Source: Malacoraja senta (Eukaryota). From it: DNA of 64,000 nucleotides. Positions 11,545 through 25,037 of this stretch are shown here, piece by piece. Positions within the stretch are counted from its first letter, which is position 1, and each line of letters opens with the position of its first letter. Below the pieces are notes generated by a model that made no database searches, was not told where the DNA came from, and saw nothing but the letters and a program-made list of their open reading frames with translations. The position numbers were made by a program, and so were the translations under genes. The stretch is from contig CM075978.1 of NCBI GenBank assembly GCA_038087875.1, positions 187,302,001 to 187,366,000 on the forward strand, in the 5' to 3' direction.

Positions 11545-13230
11545 AATTTCAGGCTAGTTTACTAATCTGTCATAGGAAAATGTTATTATTAATATATGTA
11601 ATTATCATTGCTATTAGTAAAGATGGTATAGAAGAGTGGAACATTTCAAGGAAATGAGGCGAAGTCTGATTTTGCGAAAGGGACATTGAGTTTCTCCAAT
11701 TTAAAGTTATTTTAAGAAGAAATGTACCATGGTGAAAGGGGAGATAATCGATTTAATAACGTTTCCAAGAAGCTTTTCATAAGTACCACGTCAAACATTA
11801 TTGCAGAAAATAAAAGCTTTTGATGTTAGAAGCAATGTATTGGCTTGGATAGAATTTGGCTGACTAACAGGAAACAGAAAGTAGGCATAAATGCTATTTT
11901 TCCTAATTGGTAAGAATTTAATGAGTCATATGCCACATAGCCTTAATTTTTTACATTTCGTAATATGACTCGGATGAAAGGTATGGCTGCTAAATTTGTT
12001 AATGACACAAAGATTGAAGGTGTAAAGAGGACATAAGGAGCACATTAAAGGGCGTAGATGGATAAACTGAGTGGGAAAAGATCTGTTAAATGCAGGAAAA
12101 TGTAGGAGAATGTGAAATAATTAATTTTGGCAATTGATGTGAAGTTGCAAAGCTCTGAGAAGCAGGGTGCCATGGTGCATGATGTGCAAATGACTGCAAT
12201 GCCTGCACAGCAAGTAATTAGGATAGCTTATTAATTGGGGGAAATTGAATATAAAGAAAGAGGTTGTACTTCAGTTATACAAGGTGCTGGTGAGACCAAT
12301 TTTTAATCCATTTAAAAAATATTTCTAACTAGAGTACTGCATACACTATTTGTCCAGTCATTTAAGCAAGGGTGTATATTCGGCGTAAGCATTTCAGAAA
12401 ATAATTACTGAACTGATACCTGCAATGGAGATGTAGTCTTGTGAGGAAAGGTTGGACAGAACCAAAGATCCTAAAGCGGAGCAAGATAGACCACTCCTGC
12501 TAAATGCAGTGGGCTGACGTGTAGTACGCAACGGAGCGGAACGTGGGCCTTTTTTTCATCCATTTCAGTAACCCAACCCGACCCGACTCGCAGTGTAATC
12601 AACGTTGCGGGGGAACAGTTTGTGTTAATAAATTATAATTCTGAAAATGAGGAGAAGATTTTTCCCAAATAACTTTTATTTTTACGAGGATGTTTCCGTA
12701 ACCGGCTTCCGCTTCCGCACTAGTATCTTTGCTCCGCTCTGGGATCTTTGGTGCGGAGGCGGAAGCCGGTTACGGAAATGGGGCCGAAAATTACCCTTGA
12801 ATCTGCCCATGACCGTACTACGTCTTTTTCGTCGAGTGGGCTCTCTTGCTCGCTATAGGATCTTTGGACAGAACAAGCTCGTAACCGCTGGAGTTTAAAA
12901 GACTGAGGTGACTGTGTTGAAAGATTTACGATCCTGAGAAGGCTGGACAGGTGGATGTGGAGAAAATGTTTCCTCTTGTTTGAGTTTCTCAAACCAAGGA
13001 TCGCAATTTAAAAAATTGTCAATTTAAGAGTGTGATGAGGGAACTTTATTTTTCAGAATTGTGAGTCTTTCAAATTCTGCTTCTGCTGCTGATTGATGAA
13101 GAGAGTCATTGAATATTTTTAAGACCGAATTGGATTCTTGATAACCAAAGGGATAAAAGCTACTGCTGGATAATGGGGATGCAGTTTAGCTATAATATCA
13201 GCCAGGCTTGATATTATATGGCCTACTTAT
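11545..13230 (+). mobile_element. Old, degenerate CR1 LINE (RT to 3'UTR), interrupted by a MITE
   Basis: Remnants resembling FQKAF.KVPH, KF..DTK, LQLYKVLVRP, EERLDR and the 3' GGCCTACT motif. Confidence 0.7.
12463..12866. mobile_element. Non-autonomous DNA transposon (MITE) with 8-bp TSD (P- or hAT-type)
   Basis: TIRs CAAAGATCCTAAAGCGGAGCAAGA / TCTTGCTCGCTATAGGATCTTTG; perfect TSD GACAGAAC at 12455-12462 and 12867-12874. Confidence 0.88.
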
Positions 13231-14796
13231 ATTACTTTTCTGTTATTTATATATTTCTTACTTATCCTTCCTTATTTCTGCTGTGGACACACATAACCAA
13301 TTTACTTCATGTGCTTTTTATATTCTAAAATTAAAAAAAATATTTGTCTGTCACGTATGCATTTCCTAATTTATTCAACAGTATTCTATTTAAAACTTTT
13401 GTCAGAGCAGTTACACAAAATTATTTCCCTTGAGTGTATTAAACACACATGGAAATTTATAATGAGAGGAATTTAAAAATAAAATCTCATACACATGTTC
13501 ATAAACACTGCTCTTATTGTATTTCTTTATTTTAAAATTCACGGCACACTCTCTACCAATTTTACTAATCTCTGCAATTAAACATAAGACGTGTGCAAGA
13601 TTTGAACTCTCGCCCAGTTCCATCACCCTCTGCAGACTTGCTTTTAAGTTGCAGGGACTGCTATGGAGACCACAGATGCTAATATTACACTGTTGCAGGT
13701 TTGACGAATGGTATTTTCTGCTTTGCAGCCTGATGATGTTATTATACCCAGGAGGTTATTCTGGTAACATGAGAGCAAATATTGCTTTGTGTCCTTCTCT
13801 TTCCAAAAAAAAAAATTGTGTTTGCCCACAGGCTACATTCTCCCCCCTGTTAATAAGCCAAGTGTAGAATGGACAGCTGCTAACGTGATGGAAATATAAA
13901 AATAATTATTCACAGTCATCTGTGGGTAAAATTGAATTATATTTTGTCAATTTGGTACATTACAGAAATATGTTGGTGCCAGGATACGTATAAAAGCCTT
14001 TCTGGCTTGTTGTAAGTAAATGTATTTATCATGGCCCATTATAGCTCGAGACAATGGTCCCACACAATACTTTTTACCACATGGTTAACTTTAATATTTT
14101 CCAGGGCATTCCACCTTACCATTCCTGAGAATATGAAGCATTCTCCAATAGGTTTTACCTGATGGGTGGGGGGTACATTCATCACACTTGCATGTCACCT
14201 TTATCCAGCTGCTCTCTGTGTACCTACCATGTGGGAAAGGGAATATAAAACCATTGGAAGGTGGAGGTGACTAGTGGGACTGATGACATTGTGTGGAGAT
14301 ACAAAGGCAGGTCAGAGTGTGCTTAGAAATGGTCTCACGTGAAGTGACTACACAGAGCAGGGGAGAGGGAGGCTGGTGGAAGAAATTGAGGAACAAGAAA
14401 TTCAGAGGAGGGCGTTTGGTCTAAATTCATTGAGAGCACTGTTTTAGTTTTTCTTTTCATTACTATGTTTCATTTAACAGATCAAAACTAAGTGATGCCA
14501 TTTTTTAGTGCAGAAAGATGCCATTGCCTGCTGTTGCTTTCCATGCTTCCTTCCATTGACCCTACTTGCCCTGGTTCCCACCTTCTCGAATCTCCTCCTC
14601 CAGAGTGACATCAAATCCCCACCCCCCTCCCCCCAACCTTACAGACTGCTTATGCATCATGCAACTTGCTAGCAGGGTGTAAAGGCAAGGAGGGACTGTA
14701 TAAGTTTAAAGAAGGGTCCCAATCCAAAAGGTCATCTGTCGATTCCTTCTGCAGATGCTGCCAGACCCACTGATAGAAAATAGAAAATAATAGGAA

Positions 14797-16341
14797 CAAA
14801 ATCACATCTAGTTAAAGTGCACTTTGTCAGATTTTAATAAAGGCCATTTTTATCCATTTTTGTTTCACCATGAAGAAATTACAGCAGTATTTATACATAG
14901 TCCCCCCGTTTCAGGGCACCATAATGTTTGGGACACAGCAATGTCATGCAAATGAAAGTAATCATGTTTAGTATTTTGTTGCATATCCTTGCTTTGCAAT
15001 GACTGCTTGAAGTCTGCGACTCATGGACATCACCAGTAGCTGGGTGTCTTCTCTGGTGATGCTCTGCCAGGCCTGTATTGCAGCCATCTTTATCTTATGC
15101 TTGCTTTGGAGGCTAGTCCCCTTCAGTTTTCCCTTCAGCATATAAAAGGCATGCTCAATTGGGTTCAGATCGGGTGATTGACTTGGCCACTCAAGAATTG
15201 GCCATTTTTCAGCTTTGAAAAACTCTTCTGTTGCTTTAGCAGTATGTTTGGGATCATTGTCTTGCTGTAGAATGAACCGCCGGCCAATGAGTTTTGTTTG
15301 AACTTCAGCAGATAGGATGTGTCTATACACTTCAGAATTCATTATGCTACTACCATCAGCAGTTGTATCATCAATGAAGATAAGTGAGCCAGTACCTTCA
15401 GCAGCCATACATGCCCAGGCCATAACACCCCCACCACTGTGTTTCACAGATGATGTGATATGCTTTGGATCTTGGGCAGTTCCTTCTCTCCTCCATACTT
15501 CGTTCTTGCCTTCACTCTGATATAAGTCAATCTTCGTCTCATCTATCTACAAGATCTTTTTCCAGAACTGCGGTTGTTCTTTTAAGTACTTCGTGGCAAA
15601 CTGTAACCTGGCCATCCTATTTTTGCAGCTAACCAGTGGTTTGCAACATGCAGTGTAGCCTCTGTATTTCTGTTCATGAAGTCTTCTGCAGACAGACAAT
15701 GGTCATTGACAAATCCACACCCGACTCCTGAAGAGCGTTTCTGATCTGTCGGACAGGTGTTTGGGGATTTTTCTTTATTATAGAGAGAATTCTTCTGTCA
15801 TCAGCTGTGGAGGTCTTCCTTGGTCTGCCAGTCCCTTTGCGATTAGTAAGCTCATCAGTGCTCTCTTCTTAATGATGTTCCAAACAGTTAATTTTGGTAA
15901 GCCGAAGGTTGGGCTGATGTCTAACAGTTTTATTCTTGTTTCTCAGTCTCATAATGGCTTCTTTGACTTTCATTGGGATAAATTTGGTCCTCATGTTGAT
16001 AAACAGCAATAAAGTTTCTAAAGGTAATGGAAAGACTAGGTGCTGAGAGCTCTCTTATACCTGCATTAGGGAGGCAATTAAACACACCTGAGCAATTATA
16101 AACACCTGTGAAGCCATGTGTCCCAAATATTATGGTGCCCTGAAATGGGGGAGCTATGTATAAACACAGTTGTAATTTCTACATGGTGAAACCAAAATGT
16201 ATAAAAATACCCTTTAATAAAATCTGACAATGTGCACTTTAACTACATGTGATTTTTTTCTATTACAAATCTCAAATTGTGGAGTACAGGGGCAAATAAA
16301 TAAATGATGGGTCATTGTCCCAAACATTATGGAGGGCACTG
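14797..16341 (-). mobile_element. Tc1-like DD34E transposon, family A, defective (left end truncated)
   Basis: ORF 14968-15447 with KHSGGGVMAW, QQDNDPKH, WPSQSPDLNPIE; long IR/DR-type TIR ending GGAGGGCACTG. Confidence 0.92.
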
Positions 16342-16559
16342 CACAGAGCTACCTCTGAGTTTGATTTCCATCCATTGTGGGTGCACATTGCTGAATAGGA
16401 AATTGTTGTAAATCCATTGACAAAGATCCAAGTGGACTCATTCGAAGTGTCAAGTCTGTTATTTCCATGTTGTGGTGATACCTTGGGTGAGATTGCTCTA
16501 CACAAAGAGCAAATTGACATGACTTCTCTCAAATCTTTTTCAATGTTCAGCCACTACCA

Positions 16560-17290
16560 ATAGTTTTCCTGCTGAAGATGGAATTTGTTTACAATATGTT
16601 TTTTGTGAACACTTGAAATGACTACTTAATGTCCAAATTTCAAGCATTCTTGAACTGCTTATAGTTCAAACCTGTGATCAGGAAGGGCTGTATGGCTTTA
16701 TTTGATCGGTGTTCATATGTTTACCTAAGTTTACGTCTTGCTGGCTTTGACTGGGAAATCTCATCCACAAATTATAGTGTGAAAATTGTGTTTTTGCTAC
16801 CTTCACCAGATGTTTCTTAAATGACGCAGAGAAGGAACAATTACCTTTTGTTTTGCTGAATGACAGTGGAAAGCCCACCTTTGCAAAGTGGAAGTTGCCA
16901 TTGTTGGATTTGCTGCTTTAGGATTGCCATTGACAGCTTGTGCGCTAGAATCGGCACAAAGGGGTCTTTTCAGCAGGAAATGCTTGAATTTTCTCATACT
17001 AAACATAAATGCCAGCATTTCCCTCTTAATTTGCATGTATTTGTATTCACTCTCTTCAAGAGAACAAGTAAATACTGTCGGCTGTTCCCAGCCATCATTC
17101 ATAATCCGGCAGCTGTAACTTGAGGCATGGCATCCAGCTTCTGGGTTCTCGTGATTTTGTAGCAAGTAGTACATCAGAACCGGAAGAAGGAGTTAGATTA
17201 GTTCGACATCAAGATTAATCAATGTGTATGTGCCTTGTACTTATCATAGCATATTGTTGAAGATGCCATCATTTTTGGGCAAAGACACAA
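16560..17290 (-). mobile_element. Degenerate Gypsy pol fragment (RNase H region)
   Basis: ORF 16803-17174: CHASSY..DGWEQP...EYKYMQIKREMLAFMFSMRKFKHFL..LQRWA resembles Ty3/Gypsy RNase H. Confidence 0.7.
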
Positions 17291-19167
17291 CTATCGAAAT
17301 GTTTCAGAAACATTTAGACGGGTATATGGATAGGACAGATTTAGAGGGGTATTGGCCAAATGCAGGGAGGTGGGACTAGTATAAATGGGACATGTAGGTA
17401 AATTGGGGCTGTTTCCAAGCTGTAAAACTCAATTACTCTATGCCTCGATATCTGGTTTTGGCACGTTCAGTTGTCATGTCGATATGTTTCTCAACTGAAT
17501 ATTGGTTTTGTTTGCCACATTTTGCCAACAAAGATTTAACATTCAGTATCTCTATAACACTAAAACTCTTCCTATTGTTTGTGTTTGTGCCGACGATGTG
17601 TCAATCTGCTGTTCCTATCTTCTTCCAAACGCTAGGCCACAGCCTTCCCATTTTCACATATCCTTCTCACATTTTTCCTGTCGTGGCGATAAACATCTTC
17701 CCGTCGCATTCCCACCTATATTTCCGATGATAGTAATCCTTTAACTTTTAAAAACAGCCCCAAAAACTCACTCTTTTTGGGGGAAAAAACCCAAGTGATG
17801 TCACAATGCATTCGCAAGGCAGGATGGGACACTCCGGGAGGGAGGGGCCGAGCCTGGTGCTCGAACTGGAGTGAGATGGGGTTGGGATGGGGCCATGACC
17901 GGGGCCGAGAAAGAAGCCGCCGCTGGAACCAAGGATGAGCCTCGGTTGGGGGTCAGGGACGACCCTGAGATGAAATCGGGGCCTGGACTGCAGCCCAGGT
18001 GGCGGCCGAGCTGTCGGCTGGAGTCTACAGCCAGGGCTGGGCCGAGTTTGAGAAATAGGCCGAGTTCCAGCCCTGGGGCTGCTCTACGACCTGGGTAGAG
18101 CCTGCTTTGGGGGAACAGGTGAGTGGTGGAATTTTGTGTAGGGGGAGCAGGCACAATGGGTCTGCACGTGGTCTAGTGTTCCATTAAAACTGTTGGTAAG
18201 TTGAGATGTTGTGCATGGGTAATTAAACTGATTGTCATAGTATAGTTTAGAAACGCAGCATGGAACACAGGCTTTTCGACCCATGGAGTTCAGGCCAATC
18301 ATTGATCACCAGTTCTATGTTATCCCACTTCCGCATCCATTCCTTACACAATAGGGGTAATTCACAGACACCAATTAACCTACAAATATTTCCCAGTATA
18401 TTGCAAGATGTGTGCTTTGATGCAATCTAACAGCAAGGCATACCATCACCTAGTGCTTGGGTCATGCAGCATGCAAAGGCATCATTTGCTTTGATAATAG
18501 GCATAAATATAACAAAGGATTTGTCGTGAAATCAGTGAGTTCATTACAGTTCTTGCAGGGGCAAGAAAATTAACCTGAGCAGATGATTATTGACAGAGAA
18601 ATGAAGCAGGGTTTGAATTTGCTTAGCTAATCACCTTGCTGTGTTTGGATTAATCAATAGCGTAAAAACTTCCAAGGTAAAACAGTTCAATGATGCTCTC
18701 TATCTAGGTCCACACATCAACGCACTTCTCCCCCCCACATAAAGTATGGGAGAGTTTTACTACCCATTAAATCTTATTTGTGTGGAGGAAATTAATACAA
18801 TTATGAGAACAGGGGAACTGTTTTATATTTTCTTTTTCCTCCCTCCTTCCCTCTCCTTAATTTATCCTTGTTCGTAATCATTGCTCCTGTGCCACATCTT
18901 AGTGCAATCAAATTTGCACCCCATAAAAATATATTGAAATTAATAAAGACTGTAGTCATTGGTTTTATATCCTTGATCCCCCATAGACTTCTAAAAATGC
19001 CAATTCAAATACAGAAATATAATTATATTGCGACAAAAATTAACCTCTTCTGCTTCGTTCCCCCCACCGTGCATCACGAAGCACATTGAGAGTAGTGGCT
19101 GTCTGCTGTACTTGCCTTTCAATATTCCATTCCTCTCAGTAAATGGTCCGGACTGTCTGGAAGCCAG

Positions 19168-19535
19168 GATAGACACAAAAAGCTGGAGTAACTCAGCGGG
19201 TCAGGCAGCATCTCTAGAGAAAAGGAATAGGTGACGTTTTGGGTCGAGGCCCTTCTTCAGACTGAGAGTCAGGGGAAAATTAAGGAAAAAAAGAGATATA
19301 TAGCCGAGAGATATATATGATCAAATGAATGAAAGATAAAAAAGTAATGATGATCAAAGAAGGTGGGGTCCACAGTGTCCATGGCTGGCTGTGGGCGAGG
19401 TGATAACGAGTTTTATAGACAATGAAACTCAACAGGATGACAGTGAAACTAGTACAACGACTATGGTGGGGTAGGGACAGAGAGTGGTGGTGGGGGGGAG
19501 AAATGCAAGAGTTACTTGAAGTTAGAGAAGCCAGT
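19168..19535 (-). mobile_element. Penelope-like 3' fragment, hammerhead core with GAAA>AAAA change
   Basis: Core at 19233-19260; upstream FSNFK* ORF tail near 19512-19530. Confidence 0.82.
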
Positions 19536-20779
19536 ATTGCCAGTGAGGTATAACTGTGGTTATGTTGAATAGAATGAGTAAAAGTAAATTTCTCGCACAA
19601 ACATAAGTAAAGAGTTTTTTATAATCACTTTCTTTCTCAATTTTTTTCTAGTTTTATCTTTTGTTGCCTTTGCTTTTCTTTGGCTATTTTCTTTTGCCTT
19701 CTCACGTGTTTCAAAGGCTGTCTGGGGATTTTATTTCTATAATTTATATGAAGAAGGAATGAATTGAAACATAGCAGTGTGTTAGCCAGTGGAGGAAGAA
19801 AGCTGTGTAAACAACCAGTTTTTTTTTTAAGAAGTAAAAATACGAAATTGAAGTGGACTTTTAAACCTTTCTTATTATTCGATTGCAATAATAGATATGT
19901 AATCCTGGAGGGATTATAATTGAGGCAGACAGTTTGACTGAGGTACTCAACCTGTAATATTGTCTTTCAATCAAGCTGTCTTTTCTCAATTACAACTTTG
20001 CTTGTACTCCCGCCTGTCCATTATTGCTTAATTATCATTTTCCTTGCTTTTTAAAAAACATTATGTTAATATTGCTTTAATGACGTTAACCCTTCTGAGA
20101 AATATAGGAACATAAATAATGGATGAAGCCAGTTTAATATTACAAATTATTCAGTGAGACTTATTTCTCGCTTTATGATCCTTTGCATGGCAGCTTCCAA
20201 GATTAAACACTAAATATGTGAAGCAAGTCATGCAGGGGGAAGAAAGACGATCAATGAAGCTTTTGAAATTTAAAAGCTTTTCAGAAGTAAGAATTGAACC
20301 GTATGGTGATATTTAAAACTCCTCTTGGTTTTAAATGCATTCCAAAGGGATGTCATCAGCGATGTTGGCATTTAAAGGTCAAATGCATTTGATAATAGAC
20401 TTGCCAGTGACTCTGGGCATTAGTAAATGATGTTTCATGTGTTTTCTGAGTGTTAAAATGAATAAGATGGAAAGTTACAGATAGCACAGTAATAACAATG
20501 GAAGGTGGAAATCAGATGGTAAGAAAAACTGCATTGCTCTTTATGCATGCAAATGCAGGGACTTTGCAGATGACATGGATGAAAACTGGGAATTACATGT
20601 AATATCTGGATGACAAAGAACAATGCTGACAGATTGAGTTAAATGCTCACATCCGAGCGCTTCAGCAAGAATGCAAAGGTGTTGGGCAAGTTGCTGTGCA
20701 TTGGAACAATAAATATGAACATGCTGCAAAGTTACATGCCTAAGCTACATGGCATCTCAAGCCTGTTTGGCCATCTAAG

Positions 20780-21175
20780 AAGATTGAGAATTATCTGAGT
20801 GTAGACTGCTTTCTCTTTGACACCTTTCACTGGTCATATAGCTAACAAACTCTGCTTTAGAAAATATTCAAGGACTTCATTTTCACCACCTTTTGAGGGA
20901 GAAAGTACCAAACACTAAGGACTAAGGAGGAAAAAAAATGCAACATGTGTTTTAAATGAGTGATTCTTCATTTGAAAACAGTGGCTCTGATTTTCTCGAT
21001 AAGAGAAAATGTCCTTTTCACATATACCCTATTAAAACCCCTCAGTATCTTATGTTTTAATCGAATCTCCTCTCGTTCTTCTAAACACCAGCAGATACAA
21101 ACTTAGCCTGCAGAAACTTGCTCACAAGACAATCTACCCATTCCATGTATTATTTTCATAATCTTCTCTGAACGG
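20780..21175 (-). mobile_element. Old CR1 3' fragment
   Basis: Degenerate LRGDSIKT.KILRG and CR1 3' end motifs on the minus strand. Confidence 0.55.
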
Positions 21176-21249
21176 CTTAATCGTGGCATCATGCTATGAT
21201 CTTAACCATCAGGTTTATAACAGAACCAATGTCAGTGACATTGTTATGA

Positions 21250-21655
21250 AAAGGGGAAGTACAACGAGACCCGGGTGTCCTTATACATCAGTCACTGAAA
21301 GTAAGCATGCAGGTACAGCAGGCAATGAAGAAAGATAATGGGATGTTGGCCTTCATAACGAGAGGAGTTGAGTATAGTAGCAAAGAGGTCCTTCTGCAAT
21401 TGTACAGGGCCCTGGTGAGACCACACCTGGAGTATTGTTTGCAGTTTTGGTCTCCTAATTTGAGGAAGGACATTCTTGCTATTGAGGGAGTGCAGCGTAG
21501 GTTCATTCTGGGATGGCAGATCTATCATATGAAGGAATGGAGCGACTGGGCTTGTATTCACTAGAATTTACAAGGATGAGAGGGGATCTTATAGAAACAT
21601 ATACAATTATTAAGGGGTTAGGCACGCTAGATGTAGGAACCATGTTCCCGATGTT
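21250..21655 (+). mobile_element. CR1 ORF2 C-terminal fragment (young)
   Basis: ORF 21307-21564: LLQLYRALVRPHLEYCLQFWSPNLRKDILAIEGVQRRF. Confidence 0.9.
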
Positions 21656-21823
21656 AAATTCAATATCAATATCACTTCATTATCTTTAGTTTTAACTTTC
21701 ATTCGAGGTTGACAAATGCATTTTGTTATCTTAACACTCCAATTATACAATGAGAAACGTGATTGAGATGTTATTTCTTAACTGTGATTTTGCATTAAAC
21801 CCATTGTTTTTTTTGTTTTTTAG

Positions 21824-21952
21824 GGTAACTAAAGAAGTAGATGCTTCTTCCAAAGAAGCGAAAATGTTTTTGCAAAAACAGAATGACACAGAAGAGGAAT
21901 GTTCTTCTGCAACACCAGAGACCGTGGCAACTGGAGCCCCGACAGGTTCAGG
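21824..21952 (+). CDS. Candidate internal exon of an unidentified host gene
   Basis: Strong acceptor (T-rich tract + TAG at 21821-21823); 129 nt, open (VTKEVDASSKEAKMFLQKQNDTEEECSSATPETVATGAPTGSG); GG|GCAAGT GC-type donor; unique sequence. Confidence 0.45.
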
Positions 21953-22229
21953 GCAAGTACTGATTCTAATGACTATGTGCCAGAGAAAATAGATTATGAA
22001 TATGTTCAGAAAAATGTTCTGGCTTTTCATACACATTTTATATAGGAAATTGAAAGCTCTTTAAGGAAAACCTCAACCCAACATGTGGGTTAATCAGTCT
22101 TGCGCGGTTACACTTATAAATCTTCGTAAATTTGATCTTGCGGGCTGTGCTTATGTACAAATTAATTCAGATTCGGATGTAAATAAGCTGATCTAGAATG
22201 CAAGGTTTCTAATTTGTTTCTAACATGTT

Positions 22230-23930
22230 GTTCACATGGATTTCCGTACGGCATTTGATAAAGTCCCTCATGGTAGGCTGACCCAGAAGATTAAGATGCG
22301 TGGGATCCACGGGGATTGGGTGGTTGTGATTCAGAACTGGCTTACACGTCAACGATTTACTCACAGTTGTGCTGGAAGGGTGTTAACAATTTTGATGTAA
22401 ATGTAGATGGATTGGTTAGTAAGTTTACGAACAAAACCAAAATTGGTGGAGATACAGACATTGAAGATGGTTGTCCTAAAGTATACAGCGATTATATAGA
22501 TCAGCAACAGAAATGTGAAGCAATTGGAGGTGGAATTTATTGCGAGTAAGTGTGTTGCATTGAGAGGTCGAATGTAAGGTGAAACTATATAGTTAATGGC
22601 TAGTTCCATAGCATCATTGATGAATAGATGGATCTTCGGGTCCAAGTCCATTGCTCCCTGAAAGTAGCAATACAAGTAGATAGAGTGGTAAACAGGCCGT
22701 GTGGTATGCTTGCCATCATAAATTGGAGTATTGAGGAGAAGAGTTAAAAAGTCACCATGCAGCTTTATAGGACTTGGGTTAGGCCGTATTTGGAGTATTG
22801 TGTGTGGTTCTGGTATTCCAATTACAGGAAGGGTAATGAAGCCGTGGAGAGAGTGCTGAAGAGGTTTATCAGAATGCTGCCTGGATTAGAGGGTATTATC
22901 TTTAAGGAGAGGTTGGATAAATTTGAATTGTTTTCTCTTGAAGTTCAAAAGCTGAGGGGAGACATGATAGAAATATATAAAATTATGAGAGGCAAAGATA
23001 GGGTAGACAGTCAGAACTTTTTTCTCTAGGGTGGAAATATCAAAGACTAGAGGGATGGCTTTTAAGATGAGAGTGGCTAAGTTTATAGGAGATGTTTGGG
23101 GCAAATTTCTTTTTACACAGAGTAGTTGGTGTCTGGAACACACTGCAGGGGTTGTGGTGGAGGCAGATACGATAGTTATGCTTAAGAGGCTTTGAAATGG
23201 GTGCATGGATATGCAGGGAATGGTGAGATACGGGAGATGATAAAGCAAATTATGTGGAGTACAGTCTGCTAAAGGAAATGAATAGGTTTAGTGACGTTAA
23301 AAGTATGACAAATGGAGCATCATGTGGGGAAATTGTGAGATTATTTACTTTATTCACATGGGAAAAACAAAAGAACTGTTTCAATGGAGATCAGAATGTC
23401 ACATGGGAACACAGTTGTCCTTGTATGTGAAACTCAGAGTTAGTAGACATGTATAGCAAGTATGTTGGAAGGCAAATAAAATGTTTGTCTTTCTTTGAGT
23501 TGGGATGGAGAGGACCTACCAGAACTGTATATGGGTCTTTGGTCTCTTTATTTATGAAGAATATATTTGGATTGGAGAAGGTCCAGAGAAGGTTTACTGT
23601 GTTGATTACAGAAATATATCAAATTCTGAGAGGTTTTATGTGGAGGTGCTGAGAGGATGTTTCCCCTTTCTTGAGACAGTCTGAAACTGGTGTTGTCCCA
23701 TATGTCACAGATAAGGCAGAGATTTGTTCTCTGAAGTCTTTCAAATTCACAACCCCAGGGATTGTAGAGGCTGAGTGATTGAATATATTTGACTGACATT
23801 TTTGGACTTTGTAGGAATCGAGGGTTAATATAGATTGGGCAGGAAAGTGGAGTTAATGCCAAGATCAGATTATCACGATCTTATTCAATAGAAGACCAAA
23901 TTTAAGGAGTCGTCTGGCCTACTGCAACTG
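22230..23930 (+). mobile_element. Two adjacent degenerate CR1 fragments
   Basis: AFDKVPHGRL, SKFT..TKIGG, ORF 22757-23029 QLYRTWVRPYLEYCVWFW; second, older 3' part ends GGCCTACT near 23920. Confidence 0.75.
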
Positions 23931-24708
23931 TGTTTGTTTTTTGTTCTTGTACTTTTTTAATAATTATACCATAATTGGTGAAAACCCTTCTGCAGCATGT
24001 AAGGCTTCTCAAACATGTAATGGTTCAAAGAAACCAGAAAATGAAACACTCATTCAACAGAATTTCTCATACTTGGAAGCAGTTAACAATGGCTTGAGCT
24101 TACATCTCTACTTGACTTCCAATACAATGATTGGCAAAATAACTTGTACAGTAATTATTGCGTCTAAAGTTCAGGATACCAAGGTGCAAAAGGGGAAAAT
24201 TGTCTGCAGTTCAATGAAGCATAATCCCCGAGGAACTCCTGCTAAAAGTAAACTTGAAAAGTTATTGGAGTATTTCTATTCCTGGTGTTTCTTCTCACCC
24301 ACCTCTTTCCCCTTCACCTGACAACAATGCAGCTTTTCATAATGGAACAACTTGGATGGGAAATTCAGCCCAGTCAGAGTGTTGACCTGTTACTTGCATG
24401 ATGTATTATCTTAAATCAAAATGCTGATTTGTTTAGTTTTACTGCACAACTGATACTTGATGTTTAATAGAACAATGAGAAAATTTAAATGGGAGGTTCA
24501 CAAAGAAAATTGCATTGTAATGCAAAGAATCCTACTGAAGCGTGTTCATTTAGGCTTCATGGACGCCCGTAATCTAGCTCATGATTTAAAAACTATCTGA
24601 ATTTAATGCCTCATACAAAAGATGTCTTTCATTTCCCATATCATTCCACCCATTCTCAAAAACAAGTTGAGCAGTAGCTATGGCTTCACATGAACAAATT
24701 AGCTATAT

Positions 24709-24970
24709 ATGTAGGAAGGTAATGCAGGTGCTGGTTTTAAACCAAAGAGAGACACAAAAAGCTGGAGTAACTCAGCGGGTTAGGCAGCATCTCTGGAGAA
24801 AAGGAATAGGTGACGTTTCGGGTCGAGACCCTTCTTCAGACTGAGAGTCAGGGGAAAGGGAAAAAGAGATATAGACGGTGATATAGAGAGGTATAGAACA
24901 AATGAATGGAAGATATGCAAAAAGTACCGATGAGAAACCATTGTTAGCTGTGGACTAGGTGAAAATGAAA
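24709..24970 (-). mobile_element. Penelope-like 3' fragment with intact hammerhead core
   Basis: Reverse complement CTGAAGAAGGGTCTCGACCCGAAACGTC at 24812-24839. Confidence 0.85.
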
Positions 24971-25037
24971 ATCAGCAATATACTCACTTGTGCAGAAGGT
25001 AAACAGTTCCAGCAGCTGAAGTAATTTTCTGAATATA

